Source: an uncultured Desulfarculus sp. (lineage in GTDB: Bacteria; Desulfobacterota; Desulfarculia; Desulfarculales; Desulfarculaceae). Taken from it: a stretch of 64,000 nt of DNA. The translations under genes and the position numbers were made by a program. The notes beneath the pieces were generated by a model that saw only the letters and a program-made list of their open reading frames with translations, made no database searches and was not told where the DNA came from. The DNA lies in assembly GCA_963665125.2 (NCBI GenBank), contig CAXXUK010000001.1, positions 3,424,001 through 3,488,000 of the forward strand. Reading direction: 5' to 3'. Of the stretch, positions 20,639 to 30,589 are shown in pieces (positions within the stretch are counted from its first letter, which is position 1; every line of letters starts with the position of its first letter).

Positions 20639-20802
20639 TGCCGTTTCTGTTTAAATGCTTGTTTGCCGGTTGTTAATCTGGCCAATCCGAAACAATGATT
20701 AAAGTAGCATACCGTACATTACACACTGGCTTGCCGTCGTTGCAATGCTTCAGTGACTGAGCCATTATTTAATTAACCGGGAACTAAATGGTGGAGGGGG
20801 TG

Positions 20803-21549
20803 ATGAAGGTTGTATTTCATGAAGACTTTTATCAGGTTTACACCGGAGATCCGGCAGCCGAGCCAGGGCGTATAGAGTCCATTATTGATCAAATTCAACC
20901 ACATGTACAATTAATTGAAGCCAAGCCAGCCCCAGACGAAGACCTGTTGGCCGCCCACAGCGCCCGGCATATCGGCGAAGTCAAACGCCGGGGCCTACAT
21001 TACATAGCCTCCCTGGCGGCCGGCGGAGCCATACAGGCCGCCGAAACAGGCCTGACCGAGCCGTGCATGGCCGTGATCCGTCCGCCGGGCCACCACGCAT
21101 CAGCCGATTCCTGCTGGGGATTTTGCTATTACAACAACATGGCCGTTGCCCTTTTGTCCCTGAAAAACAGGGGGCTTATCAAAACGGCCTTTGTGTTGGA
21201 TTTTGATCTTCACTTTGGCGACGGCAACGTCAACATCCTGGAAGGACGCAACTGGGTGCGCATCTTCAACCCCGACGCCCCGGACCGGCGAAGCTATTTG
21301 CTGGAAGTGGAGCAGCAACTCAAGGCCAACCCGGCTTCGATAATCGGCATCTCGGCCGGCTTCGACAATCACCGCGACGACTGGGGCGGATTGTTGACCA
21401 CCGAAGACTATGAGGCCATGGGCCGGATGGCGGTTCAGGCGGCCAGGGCCAACAGCGGTGGTTGTTTTGCAATCTTGGAGGGCGGTTACAATCATGCCGT
21501 GCTGGGCCAAAACGTATTGGCCCTATTACAGGGCATGTCCTGGGCCTGA
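20803..21549 (+). CDS. Histone deacetylase-family amidohydrolase
   Basis: RPPGHHA, GFCYYNN, DFDLHFGDG, SAGFD, LEGGY. Confidence 0.92.
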   Translation: MKVVFHEDFYQVYTGDPAAEPGRIESIIDQIQPHVQLIEAKPAPDEDLLAAHSARHIGEVKRRGLHYIASLAAGGAIQAAETGLTEPCMAVIRPPGHHASADSCWGFCYYNNMAVALLSLKNRGLIKTAFVLDFDLHFGDGNVNILEGRNWVRIFNPDAPDRRSYLLEVEQQLKANPASIIGISAGFDNHRDDWGGLLTTEDYEAMGRMAVQAARANSGGCFAILEGGYNHAVLGQNVLALLQGMSWA

Positions 21550-21582
21550 AGCGGCGTTTCACCGCTCCAGGCCCGGTTGGTC

Positions 21583-23397
21583 TTAGTGGCGGGAGTGGCC
21601 GGGCAGGGCGGCAACGGCCCGCGAGCTGATCCCGGCGGCGGGTTTGGTCCACGCCGGACCGGAGCCGTTGGAATTGCCGTTTGCCGAAGCGCCCTTGACG
21701 ATGGCGGTCAATTGGACGACCGCCTGCTTCATTTCCACGGCCTGGTTTTGCAGTTCCTCGGCTGACGCCGCGGTTTCCTCCGAGTCCGCCGCATTGCGCT
21801 GGGTCACTTTGTCCATTTCCGCGGTGGCGTTGTTGAGCTGGCCCAGGCCCAAGGAGTTTTCGTCGCTGGCCGCCCGGATCTCTCCAATCAGGTCAGCCAT
21901 TTTCTCCGAGTTTTCTCCGACAACCTCGAATACCGCATTGGTGCTTTCCACCAGCTGGTTGCATCCCTGCACCTTGCTGATGGTGTCTTGAATCAGCGTC
22001 GAGGTGTTCTTGGCGGCCTCGGCGGCCCTCATTGCCAGGGAGCGTACCTCGTCGGCCACAACCGCGAAACCTGCCCCGGCTTCACCGGCCCTGGCAGCCT
22101 CCACCGCGGCGTTAAGGGCCAACAGGTTGGTCTGGAAAGCGATTGCATCGATATCCTTGACGATCTTGCCGGTCATCTCGCTGGCGTGAGAAATTTCCTC
22201 GATGGACTTGGTCAGGGTGGCCAGGGACTCACCGGCCTGGGCGACCACGGATCTAGCCTCATCGGTCAAGCTATTGGCCTGTCTGATGTTGTCGGCGGTG
22301 GACTTGGACATGGCCGCCATCTGCTCAAGTGACGCGGCCGTTTCCTCCAGGGCCGAGGCCTGCTCCGAAGATCCCTCGGCCAGGTTTTGGCTGGAGGCCG
22401 ATACCTGCTCCGAGGCTGCGGCCACGCTGTTGGAGCCCAGGGATATCTCGCTGACGACGTGCAGGATGGGCCCGCTGACCGATTTGGCCACGATCCAGGC
22501 CACCAACGCGCCGATGAGAATCGCCACGGCACCCAAACTGATATTGAAGTTGCGTATGGCCACCGCCGGCGCGAAGAGCTGCTCCTCGTTTGCGGTCATG
22601 GTAACGACCCAGTCGCAGCCGGGAACCTGATTGAACGCCGCGATCTTGTCTACTTCTTTCCAGGTATAGGCCAACACGCCTTTTTTTTGGCTCAGAATAT
22701 CCCGGCCGAAATCATATTCGCTGAGGTTCAATTTCAGGACATTGTCACGGTTGGGGTGGGCCAGGATTAGGCCGTCACCGTTGGTCAGGTAGGCGTAGCC
22801 CGCATCGCCGTTGTTTTGGGGATCGATGAAGTCGGTGTTCACGCCCTGCATTTTGACGGATGCCGCCATGATGCCCACAACCCGGCCCTGGTGAATGACG
22901 GGAGCGGAAAAGACCACCACCGGCTGGCCCGAAACCTTGCTCATGAGTACCCGTGATGTGGCGGATTGCCCGCCCATGCTCTTACGGAAATAATTCCTTT
23001 CGCCCAGGTTGACTATTCCGACGCTTGCTTTGTCCGAAGAGGCGACGATCAAGCCGTTGCCGTCAACCAATCCAAGCGTATCGAGCTCGGGGCATATTTT
23101 GGCGATCTCGGCCAAACGGTTGCTAACCTTTTCCGCGACGCTTTTGTCCTCAGCCTGGACCAGGGGATTGGCCAGGGTAGGGCTGGAGGCCCAGATTTGG
23201 ACGTTTTTGGAATTATTGTCCCGCCACAGCCCTATTTGCTTGGCCGTATCAGCGGCATCGCCTTGGATGCTGCCGGTGATGCAATCCTGCAAGGCCTGTT
23301 TTGATCGAAAGTAGCCGGTGATGGTGGAGGCCCCCATGCAGAGGCCCAGCAGTAATACGGTTGGAACAAGGATTTTGTTGCTGAGAGAGAGTTTCAT
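21583..23397 (-). CDS. Methyl-accepting chemotaxis protein with dCache sensor
   Basis: Two TMs; [34 protein letters not shown]. Confidence 0.95.
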   Translation of the reverse strand: MKLSLSNKILVPTVLLLGLCMGASTITGYFRSKQALQDCITGSIQGDAADTAKQIGLWRDNNSKNVQIWASSPTLANPLVQAEDKSVAEKVSNRLAEIAKICPELDTLGLVDGNGLIVASSDKASVGIVNLGERNYFRKSMGGQSATSRVLMSKVSGQPVVVFSAPVIHQGRVVGIMAASVKMQGVNTDFIDPQNNGDAGYAYLTNGDGLILAHPNRDNVLKLNLSEYDFGRDILSQKKGVLAYTWKEVDKIAAFNQVPGCDWVVTMTANEEQLFAPAVAIRNFNISLGAVAILIGALVAWIVAKSVSGPILHVVSEISLGSNSVAAASEQVSASSQNLAEGSSEQASALEETAASLEQMAAMSKSTADNIRQANSLTDEARSVVAQAGESLATLTKSIEEISHASEMTGKIVKDIDAIAFQTNLLALNAAVEAARAGEAGAGFAVVADEVRSLAMRAAEAAKNTSTLIQDTISKVQGCNQLVESTNAVFEVVGENSEKMADLIGEIRAASDENSLGLGQLNNATAEMDKVTQRNAADSEETAASAEELQNQAVEMKQAVVQLTAIVKGASANGNSNGSGPAWTKPAAGISSRAVAALPGHSRH

Positions 23398-23931
23398 GGT
23401 GTCCTACCTCGCTAAAGCGGTACTTCAAGGCGCCTGTGTATATTGCCGTTCCGCCAACCCAATCCCACTATTTATTGATTCGTGCAATTACTCAAAAAGG
23501 TTTCACATGGGGCATAATAATAATTGCCAAAGTTTGTTACATTTTGATGAACACTGGAATTCATTTTGTATACAATTCATCTATAAGTGTGTCAAACCAA
23601 TTTTTCGCCCAGGCCCTAGATCAATTATTCTAATTTTATCAAACAATTGTGGACCTACATAATCAACATGCCCTTGTGACTGGGAAATTTCACATCATGT
23701 AAATTTTAAGTGACCTGCTGAAAAACTTATTTGAAAAAATTATATTGTCAATACTTTTTTAGACAATCCTTACTTTAAAATTTATTTCACGAGCCGGGCT
23801 TCCCTTCATTTATCCAACCGGTGGAGATGTGCGGGTAGGGTGGCGTCAGATGTGGAACCGGGCAAAGAAATGGGCCAAATCCGGAATGGCTTAATTATTT
23901 CAATCCGGACGATGACCGTTGCCGACCTAGC

Positions 23932-24961
23932 TGTAGATGCTAAAGACGTTGTTCACACACCGATCTTGTTAGAGACTGGTTTTACCAAGACTAGCCTCAT
24001 CCAAGGAGCAGCGTGTGAACAACTACCACAAGAATGCCCGAACCACGGTTTTTAGTCGAGAGCTGATCGTTAAAAGAATTCGTCAGGAAGGGGAAAAGGT
24101 GTCCGAGGTGGCCAGGCAGTTTGGGGTCAGCCGTCAGACAGTCTATAAGTGGCTGACCCGGCACCGACAGGGCGGTGCCACAGCCCTACACAACGCCGGT
24201 TCACGGCCTCGTACAAGCCCTGGGCGCATGCCCGTGGAGCGGGTCGCCACCATAGCGGCCATGCGCCGCATGCGGAAAAGCTCCGTGGAGATAGCCATTT
24301 CCCTTTCCCTGCCCATATCCAGCGTTACGTTGGAACTGAGGCGCTTGGGGCTTAACAAGCTGAGCCGGTTGGAACCCAAGCCGTCGGTCATGCGCTACGA
24401 ACACGACAGCCCTGGCGACATGATTCACCTTGATATCAAGAAGTTGGGAAGGATAGACGGCGTGGGGCACCGCATCACCGGTGATCGCTCCCAGCGTCAA
24501 CGGGGCGCGGGCTGGGAGTACTTGCATGTATGCGTCGATGACAACAGCCGTCTGGCCTACAGCGAGCTTTTGCCCGACGAGAAGGCCGTTACCGCCACCT
24601 GTTTCCTCTTCCGTGCCGTGGGCTGGTTTAAACGCCATGGCGTAAAGGTGGACCGCGTACTCACCGATAACGGCAGTTGCTATAGGTCCCATCTTTTCAG
24701 AATGGCTTGCAACCACCTTGGTGCCCGGCCCAAGAAGACCAGGCCCTATACGCCGCGCACCAACGGCAAGGCCGAGCGCTTCATCCAAACCAGTATTAAG
24801 GAATGGGCTTATGGACAAGCCTATGAGTCATCAGCGGAGCGGGCCGATCATTTGATCCCTTGGCTTAATTACTACAATAACCAAAGGCCGCATACGGCTT
24901 TGAAATATCAACCGCCGATCTCAAGATTAGCTAAGTGTGAACAACGTCCTTGCTAACAACA
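23932..24961 (+). mobile_element. Complete IS481-family element (1030 bp)
   Basis: Imperfect IRs TGTAGATGCTAAAGACGTTGTTCACA / TGTGAACAACGTCCTTGCTAACAACA; direct repeat CCTAGC at 23926-23931 and 24962-24967. Confidence 0.95.
24015..24956 (+). CDS. IS481 transposase
   Basis: HKNAR N-terminus, HLDIKKLGRI, TDNG, PRTNGKAERF. Confidence 0.95.
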   Translation: MNNYHKNARTTVFSRELIVKRIRQEGEKVSEVARQFGVSRQTVYKWLTRHRQGGATALHNAGSRPRTSPGRMPVERVATIAAMRRMRKSSVEIAISLSLPISSVTLELRRLGLNKLSRLEPKPSVMRYEHDSPGDMIHLDIKKLGRIDGVGHRITGDRSQRQRGAGWEYLHVCVDDNSRLAYSELLPDEKAVTATCFLFRAVGWFKRHGVKVDRVLTDNGSCYRSHLFRMACNHLGARPKKTRPYTPRTNGKAERFIQTSIKEWAYGQAYESSAERADHLIPWLNYYNNQRPHTALKYQPPISRLAKCEQRPC

Positions 24962-25066
24962 CCTAGCCCTTGCCCTTGCATACCCTGGATATTCCGTTAG
25001 AGTGTAGCGGTTTGATCCATGCACCGGAGCCTAGCGCCCCGCCAGACAGGAGAGGAGAAACTCGTG

Positions 25067-25090
25067 ATGCACGCTTTCAACAAACTCTGA
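25067..25090 (+). CDS. Putative 7-aa leader peptide MHAFNKL
   Basis: Strong SD AGGAGAGGAG at 25048-25057; stop 60 nt before the methyltransferase start. Confidence 0.45.
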   Translation: MHAFNKL

Positions 25091-25150
25091 CCCTTATCAA
25101 TGCATCACACCCCTGCCCCTTGATTCCGGCCGGGGGACAAGCGAGAAAAA

Positions 25151-25990
25151 ATGTTTGAAAAACTGAATAGGATCAACCGGCGTCCCGCGCCGTACGAGTT
25201 TACCACCACCGCCGATCTGTGGACCGATGAGTACGTCTCGGCCCGGATGCTCGAGTATCATCTAAACGCCGATGTGGACATGTCCTCCCGGAGGCATGAT
25301 TTCATCGACCGCTCGGCCCGTTGGATCGCCGACCGCTTTGACCTGAAAAGCGGCGCAGCGGTGTGCGACTTCGGCTGCGGTCCGGGCCTGTACACCAGCC
25401 GCTTCTCCAAGGCCGGGGCAACGGTCACCGGCGTGGATTTCTCGCCGCGCTCAATCGCCTACGCCAAGGACGCGGCTGTCAAAGACGGCCTGGACATCAA
25501 ATATGAGTGCCTGAACTACCTTGAGTTCGCCTCGGACCGGCGCTTTGATCTGATCACCATGATCTTCTGCGATTTTTGCGCCCTTGAACCGGCAAGCCGG
25601 GCCGTAATGCTGGGCAAGTTCGGTGATCTGCTGGCCCCCGGCGGGTCGGTGCTCCTGGACGTGTTCACACGCAATTTCCTGGCCCCGGTCAATGAAGGCA
25701 TGAGCGTGGAATACTCAGAGTCCGACGGCTTCTGGTCAGCCGAACCGTATTACGCCTTTGAAAATACCTTCAAATACGAACTGGAAGGCATTTACCTGGG
25801 CAAGCATACGGTCATCGAACAAGGCCGCACCAGGGAGATCTACAACTGGTTGCAGTGCTACACGCCCGAAAGTCTGGCCACCGAGTTCGCGGCCGCCGGT
25901 CTGAAGATCAGCGGCGCCTACGCCAACGTGGCCGGCGACCCCTACGATCCGCAGGCCGTTGAGATGGCCATAACCGCCATCAAGGCCTGA
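25151..25990 (+). CDS. Class I SAM-dependent methyltransferase
   Basis: VCDFGCGPG motif I, VTGVDFS, FDLI, LAPGG. Confidence 0.9.
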   Translation: MFEKLNRINRRPAPYEFTTTADLWTDEYVSARMLEYHLNADVDMSSRRHDFIDRSARWIADRFDLKSGAAVCDFGCGPGLYTSRFSKAGATVTGVDFSPRSIAYAKDAAVKDGLDIKYECLNYLEFASDRRFDLITMIFCDFCALEPASRAVMLGKFGDLLAPGGSVLLDVFTRNFLAPVNEGMSVEYSESDGFWSAEPYYAFENTFKYELEGIYLGKHTVIEQGRTREIYNWLQCYTPESLATEFAAAGLKISGAYANVAGDPYDPQAVEMAITAIKA

Positions 25991-26008
25991 TCCCCACATA
26001 TGAACAAG

Positions 26009-26031
26009 GCCCCGCTTCGGCGGGGCTTTTT
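26009..26031 (+). terminator. Intrinsic terminator between convergent genes
   Basis: GCCCCGC-TTCG-GCGGGGC-TTTTT. Confidence 0.85.
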
Positions 26032-26034
26032 ATT

Positions 26035-27000
26035 TCAACCCCGCAGTTCCTCTGGCTCGGGGATGACGATATTGTTGTCGGCCAGGTATTGTCTGTAGCC
26101 GGTCAGCGGCTCGCCCCAATAGACGATGCGCACCGCGCCGGTGGGGCAGTTGTTGAGGCACCCCATGCAATCGACGCATTTGCCCTTGTCCACCTCTGCC
26201 TTGTCCGGGCCGATGGCCCCCACCGGGCAGGCATGGGCGCAGGCCCCGCAGCCGATGCATTTGTCCTTGTCAATATAGTGCTCATCGGTGATCAGCTTGC
26301 TGAACCAGATGGGAGCCAAATTTTTCTTCACATCGCCGAAGCCGAGCTCATGGCTGTACTCAAAGGCCTTGCCCTGGCGCACGCTGGCCAGGATATCGGC
26401 GGCGTACTTGCGGGCCCTGTCATAGGTCTGCTGGTTTGGCTGGCCCAGGCCCTGGCTTTGCTTATCCGGATAATGGGCCCAAAAGGCGGGATAGGTGCCC
26501 AGGTTTCCGAAACAGGCCAAGCCCACCGGCACGCCGCCTCGCCCGGCGCAGGCGTCCAGAAGCTGGCAGGCGGTATTGTGCTGGTTGCTGGCCGGGATGC
26601 CGTGGGTCACGAAGGCCGCCACCGGCGTTCCATTCAACTGCGGCAGGCCCGCCAGCCAATCGAGCGCCCACTGGGGGGCCTGGTAATGGTTGACCGGCGA
26701 ACCCACGGCGATTATGTCGTATTGATCTGCAACCGAGGGGTCCAGCTCCCGCATCTCGGCGGAGTGCACAGTCAACCCGGCCATTTGCCAACGTGCGGCG
26801 ATGAGCCTGCCCATGCGCTGGGTGTTGCCCGTCTGGCTGTACCAGGTCACCAGGGCCGTCTTGGGCTCCTTGGGGGCGACCGGCGCGTGGTTGCGCGTCC
26901 CGTAGCCGTTGCATCCGGCGCACCCGGCGGGCACGGCCAAGGCCGCCGCTCCCATGGCTCCCAACTTCAAAAAAGTGCGTCTCGTTTTTTTGGTCGACAT
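26035..27000 (-). CDS. Flavodoxin-like plus 2x[4Fe-4S] ferredoxin fusion (EFR1-like) with Tat signal
   Basis: TRRTFLK; YSQTGNT FMN loop; CIGCGACAHACP and CVDCMGCLNNCP. Confidence 0.85.
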   Translation of the reverse strand: MSTKKTRRTFLKLGAMGAAALAVPAGCAGCNGYGTRNHAPVAPKEPKTALVTWYSQTGNTQRMGRLIAARWQMAGLTVHSAEMRELDPSVADQYDIIAVGSPVNHYQAPQWALDWLAGLPQLNGTPVAAFVTHGIPASNQHNTACQLLDACAGRGGVPVGLACFGNLGTYPAFWAHYPDKQSQGLGQPNQQTYDRARKYAADILASVRQGKAFEYSHELGFGDVKKNLAPIWFSKLITDEHYIDKDKCIGCGACAHACPVGAIGPDKAEVDKGKCVDCMGCLNNCPTGAVRIVYWGEPLTGYRQYLADNNIVIPEPEELRG

Positions 27001-27012
27001 GTCTTTATCCCA

Positions 27013-28197
27013 TCACTTTGGCAGGCCGTCGGCGTAACAGCGCAGGGGCAGATTGTTGAACATTCCGGCCAGGCACATGTTGCAAGACGTGCACTGGGCC
27101 TCGGTGGCCTTGCCTTCCATCAGCCGCTGGGGCAGAAAAGGCTCGCGGATCAGGGGCCGGGACAGGGAAATGAAGTCCGCCTTGCCGCGGGCCAGGATGT
27201 CTTCCATTTCGGCCAGGGTCCGCACGCCGCCCACCAGGATCAGGGGCATGTTGCTCAGCCTTGGTTTGATGACTTCGGCGGCCTGGAGATTGTACAGCGG
27301 CCGGAATTTGCAGGGCTCCAATTGGCCCTTGAAAACCAGCCTGGCGATGGGCCGTTTCCACAGGGGCAGAGCCTTGGCCAAATCATTGATGGGCACCTCG
27401 CCCCTGGTGGTGTGGAACGAATAATAGGTGCCGCTGCTGATCTCCGCGGCGGCCACGTCCAGTTCCTCCAGCCACACGGCGTATTGGGCGGCCAATTCCG
27501 GGGTGATGCCTTGCTTAGGCGTAAAGTCGTTGGCGTTGAGCTTGACCAAAACCGGCAGGCCGCCGCCGGTTTCCCGCCGGATCGCCGAAATGACCTCCCG
27601 GACAATGCGGAACATGTTTTCCGGGCAGCCGCCCCACTGGTCCTTGCGCACATTGAAAAACGGCGACAAGAAGCTGTTGAGCAGATAGCCGTGGGCGCAG
27701 TGCAGTTGCACGCCGTCGGCCCCGGCCCGCTGGGCCCGCCGGGCCGCCTGCGCGAAATCGTCGATGATCCGGGCGATATCCTGGTCGGTGGCTGCCTTGG
27801 GCTTGTCCATGCTGGCCGGATCGCGGCCAAAGCTGCTGGGTGCCATGGGCGGCTGGCCGGTGATCTTGCGGGGGCTTTGCCTGCCGCCGTGGGCGATCTG
27901 GAACACGATCTTCGCGCCGTGACGGTGCACCTCGTCGACAAGCTTAATCAAGCCGGGCAAAAGACCGTCATGGTGCACGCCGGCCTGGCCCTCGAAGGCC
28001 TTGCCCTGGCCGGATATGTACATATAGCCGGGAATGATCAGGCCCACGCCGCCCTTGGCCAGGTTGCGGTAACGTTTGATCAGTTCCGGGGTGATCTCGC
28101 CGCCCGGGGCGGCCATGCCTTCATGGGTAGCCGAATGGATCAGACGGTTTTTAAGCTCGATGCCGCCGATATCGGCGTTTTCAAACAGCCTGGCCAT
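27013..28197 (-). CDS. NADH:flavin oxidoreductase (old yellow enzyme family)
   Basis: LKNRLIHSAT, QIAHGG, DGVQLHCAHGYLL, SRPLIREP, CTSCNMC. Confidence 0.92.
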   Translation of the reverse strand: MARLFENADIGGIELKNRLIHSATHEGMAAPGGEITPELIKRYRNLAKGGVGLIIPGYMYISGQGKAFEGQAGVHHDGLLPGLIKLVDEVHRHGAKIVFQIAHGGRQSPRKITGQPPMAPSSFGRDPASMDKPKAATDQDIARIIDDFAQAARRAQRAGADGVQLHCAHGYLLNSFLSPFFNVRKDQWGGCPENMFRIVREVISAIRRETGGGLPVLVKLNANDFTPKQGITPELAAQYAVWLEELDVAAAEISSGTYYSFHTTRGEVPINDLAKALPLWKRPIARLVFKGQLEPCKFRPLYNLQAAEVIKPRLSNMPLILVGGVRTLAEMEDILARGKADFISLSRPLIREPFLPQRLMEGKATEAQCTSCNMCLAGMFNNLPLRCYADGLPK

Positions 28198-28199
28198 AA

Positions 28200-28640
28200 T
28201 TAACCCTCCGGGCTTGGTCGGACTCCGAACGAAACGGCAAAGGCGGCCAGCGAGACAAGCAGAGTCAGCGCCGTTGGCATCAAGGGCGGATTGGCCGCGG
28301 TGTTTGCCTGAATGTTATAGATCAGTGCGGTCATTACCGCCGAATCGACAATTGTGATGGCCCCCAGAGCCCAGCGGGACCAGGCCTCGCCCCGGCGGAA
28401 CGGCATTGCCAGCAGGATGGCCACGGCCAGGCCGGTGATGAAAAAGCCCAAGCCCCCCGCCTTCATGAAGCTCAGGGTCATGATTCGCGGACCGGCGGCC
28501 ATGGCCTCCCAACTGGTGCCCAGGGCCTGTAGGTGGTAGCTCATGATTTGATCGGCCAGCAGATAACGCACCCCGATGACCATGGAGCCCAGAGCCACCA
28601 GACCATAGCAGATCATTGAAATCATCTTCGCCTTTTTCAT
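28200..28640 (-). CDS. 4-TM membrane protein of unknown function
   Basis: Hydrophobic segments, PFRRGEAWSRWAL; paralog of adjacent gene. Confidence 0.75.
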   Translation of the reverse strand: MKKAKMISMICYGLVALGSMVIGVRYLLADQIMSYHLQALGTSWEAMAAGPRIMTLSFMKAGGLGFFITGLAVAILLAMPFRRGEAWSRWALGAITIVDSAVMTALIYNIQANTAANPPLMPTALTLLVSLAAFAVSFGVRPSPEG

Positions 28641-28644
28641 AGCT

Positions 28645-29133
28645 TCATCTCCGTTCATGTGCAGGTGTTATGGCAGGCCATGATTCGACGGGGTCCATCT
28701 CCCCGAAAGACCTGTCCAGATAGGAAAACAAACACCCGGCAAGGGCTATGCAGGCGGCCGGCACAAGCGGCGCAAGGGGCGCCGTATTGCCGGGCATGAG
28801 TTCCAGGCCGGAAATCACTTCGGTTAATAGGATCATACCGGTCAGCGACAGCAGGGGCAGGGCCCAGCGGGACCAGGGTCTGCCCTCGCGGAACGGGCCA
28901 AGCAGGGTGGCGGCCATCAGCAGGCCGATGATGAAAAGGCCGAGGCCCCTTGTTCCGACGATGCAGCCGATCATTTCCTGCACGCTGGGGGCCAGGGTCT
29001 GCCAGTTGGTGCCCAGTTCAAAATACGGCGAGGTGGCGTACTTGCTCAGCTTCATCAGCTGGCCGCCGGTCATGGCCGCGCCCGCGGCCAAGAGGCCGTA
29101 GCAAATGGTTGCGATGATTCTATTGTGCTGCAT
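28645..29133 (-). CDS. 4-TM membrane protein of unknown function (paralog)
   Basis: ICYGL...LGTNW...GLGLFI.GL...PFREGRPWSRWAL. Confidence 0.75.
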   Translation of the reverse strand: MQHNRIIATICYGLLAAGAAMTGGQLMKLSKYATSPYFELGTNWQTLAPSVQEMIGCIVGTRGLGLFIIGLLMAATLLGPFREGRPWSRWALPLLSLTGMILLTEVISGLELMPGNTAPLAPLVPAACIALAGCLFSYLDRSFGEMDPVESWPAITPAHERR

Positions 29134-29665
29134 GGTTGTTATCCTTGTTGAGCACGGCTGATTGGCCGGTTTTGCATATATATGTATGGTTGCAGAGTTC
29201 ATCACCGCCGCCTATTTGGCAGTCCCGGCTGAAATCCCAGTTGTTCTTGTTTTCCTCGGCAATGAGCCAGTCGCTGTGGCAACAATGAAGGCCCATTTCC
29301 GGCAGGCCCATGCGGATAAAGGCCTGGGCATGGGGACAATTCGCGTATTGCAGGGCCAGCACATTGCTGTCGTGGCGAATGACCTCTATGTCGTAAAGTA
29401 GGCCCAGCCGGCTGATATTGCGGCGCATTTGCTGCGTGAAGCGGTCGAAATCATCCGGACCCTTTGCTTTGGGGATGAGCGTCCATTGGGCGAGCTTCTT
29501 GACGACCACGGCAGCCGCCGGCCCCCAGAGCTTTACAGCCCTTTCACGGCCGGTGAAAACGGCCGTTGCCTTGACCGCCAGGCCCAAAGGCAGGGCAATG
29601 CCATATCCGGTGGCGTTTCTAAGCAGTTTCTTGAAGGCATCCACGGTTATGCTCTCTTTGCCCAT
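29120..29665 (-). CDS. ATC-hydrolase-like / V4R-type Cys-containing protein
   Basis: NCPH...LPEMG..CC..D...F.R..QI.GG...CNH pattern. Confidence 0.65.
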   Translation of the reverse strand: MGKESITVDAFKKLLRNATGYGIALPLGLAVKATAVFTGRERAVKLWGPAAAVVVKKLAQWTLIPKAKGPDDFDRFTQQMRRNISRLGLLYDIEVIRHDSNVLALQYANCPHAQAFIRMGLPEMGLHCCHSDWLIAEENKNNWDFSRDCQIGGGDELCNHTYICKTGQSAVLNKDNNHAAQ

Positions 29666-29680
29666 GCCAATTCCTCGGTC

Positions 29681-29702
29681 GCAGAATGATTATTCATTCC
29701 GC
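29681..29702. promoter_or_regulatory. Putative TetR operator upstream of the 5-gene operon
   Basis: GCAGAATGA-TTAT-TCATTCCGC, similar to sites at 30467 and 30494. Confidence 0.65.
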
Positions 29703-29887
29703 AATCAATGAAAAAATATATGTGCTCTTCCCCCGGGCGGCTCGGGCCCCTGGTAAATCATTGGCGCACCCCAGCCAAATTATTGTTTGCGGGCGCCCGG
29801 AACCACCGGAGGGTTGAGCAGTTTTACCGAGACATCTTTGTAAGCAGCTTGCAGAATGAACTTTCATTCCGTTTTTCCTTAAAAAAA

Positions 29888-30451
29888 TTAGTTGCGGATG
29901 GCTTGCCAGGCCATCTCTTCTATCTTGTCGATAATCTCGGGAGTCAGTTCCAAATAACCAACCCAATGGGCTTTGACCGCCTCGTGAACTATGCCGCTGA
30001 CAAAAGCCACCAATGCCTCGGGTGGAACGTCATCCTTGAGTATCTGTTGCTCCTGACCAGTGGCCAAGATCGCGGCGAACTGGTTGCGGAATCCCTCGCT
30101 CAGGGCCTGGCTTTCGGCGTCCAAATAGGGCTGGTGGTGGTGCGACTCCAAAAATTTATAAGCATGCTGGTTCGTTATGGCGTAGTTGACCCAGTTTGTA
30201 AACGAACTCTTACAAATGGATCGCAGGGGTACTTCCTCGCCGAGGTCTTCTCCCACACAACTGAACATCTCTTGCTTCAGGTGGCGGTAAAGCTCGTTGA
30301 CCAGAGCCTCCTTGTCCTTGAAATAGCGGTAGATTGTGCCCGAGCCCACCTGGGCCTTCTCGGCGATAAGCGGCACCGGGGTCCCGTAAAAGCCCCGTTC
30401 GGCAAAAAGTTCCATTGCTGCCGTCATGATTGCTTCGCGCTTATCCACCAA
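29888..30451 (-). CDS. TetR/AcrR family regulator
   Basis: LFAERGFYGT....IAEKAQVGSGTIYRYF.DKE. Confidence 0.93.
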   Translation of the reverse strand: MVDKREAIMTAAMELFAERGFYGTPVPLIAEKAQVGSGTIYRYFKDKEALVNELYRHLKQEMFSCVGEDLGEEVPLRSICKSSFTNWVNYAITNQHAYKFLESHHHQPYLDAESQALSEGFRNQFAAILATGQEQQILKDDVPPEALVAFVSGIVHEAVKAHWVGYLELTPEIIDKIEEMAWQAIRN

Positions 30452-30466
30452 TTTGCGTCACCTCCT

Positions 30467-30516
30467 GCGGAATGATCGTTCATTTTCAAGATAGCGGAAT
30501 GATCATTCCGCGTCAA
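30467..30516 (-). promoter_or_regulatory. Sigma70 promoter of tetR with overlapping operators
   Basis: TTGACG-N17-TATCTT; perfect 18-bp palindrome GCGGAATGATCATTCCGC (30494-30511) fills the spacer; second site 30467-30488. Confidence 0.8.
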
Positions 30517-30567
30517 GAGAAAAGCAAAATATATTTTTCCATTTCCAAAACAAGTTGACCAGCTAGA

Positions 30568-30584
30568 GTTTAGATGCTAAATAC
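30568..30584. promoter_or_regulatory. Putative MarR operator 1
   Basis: GTTTAG-ATG-CTAAATAC downstream of TTGACC (30555). Confidence 0.7.
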
Positions 30585-30589
30585 TGGCC

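Noticed and set aside
26089..28203. 704-aa plus-strand ORF
   Set aside because: Antisense to the OYE and flavodoxin-ferredoxin genes; no motifs; typical high-GC shadow.
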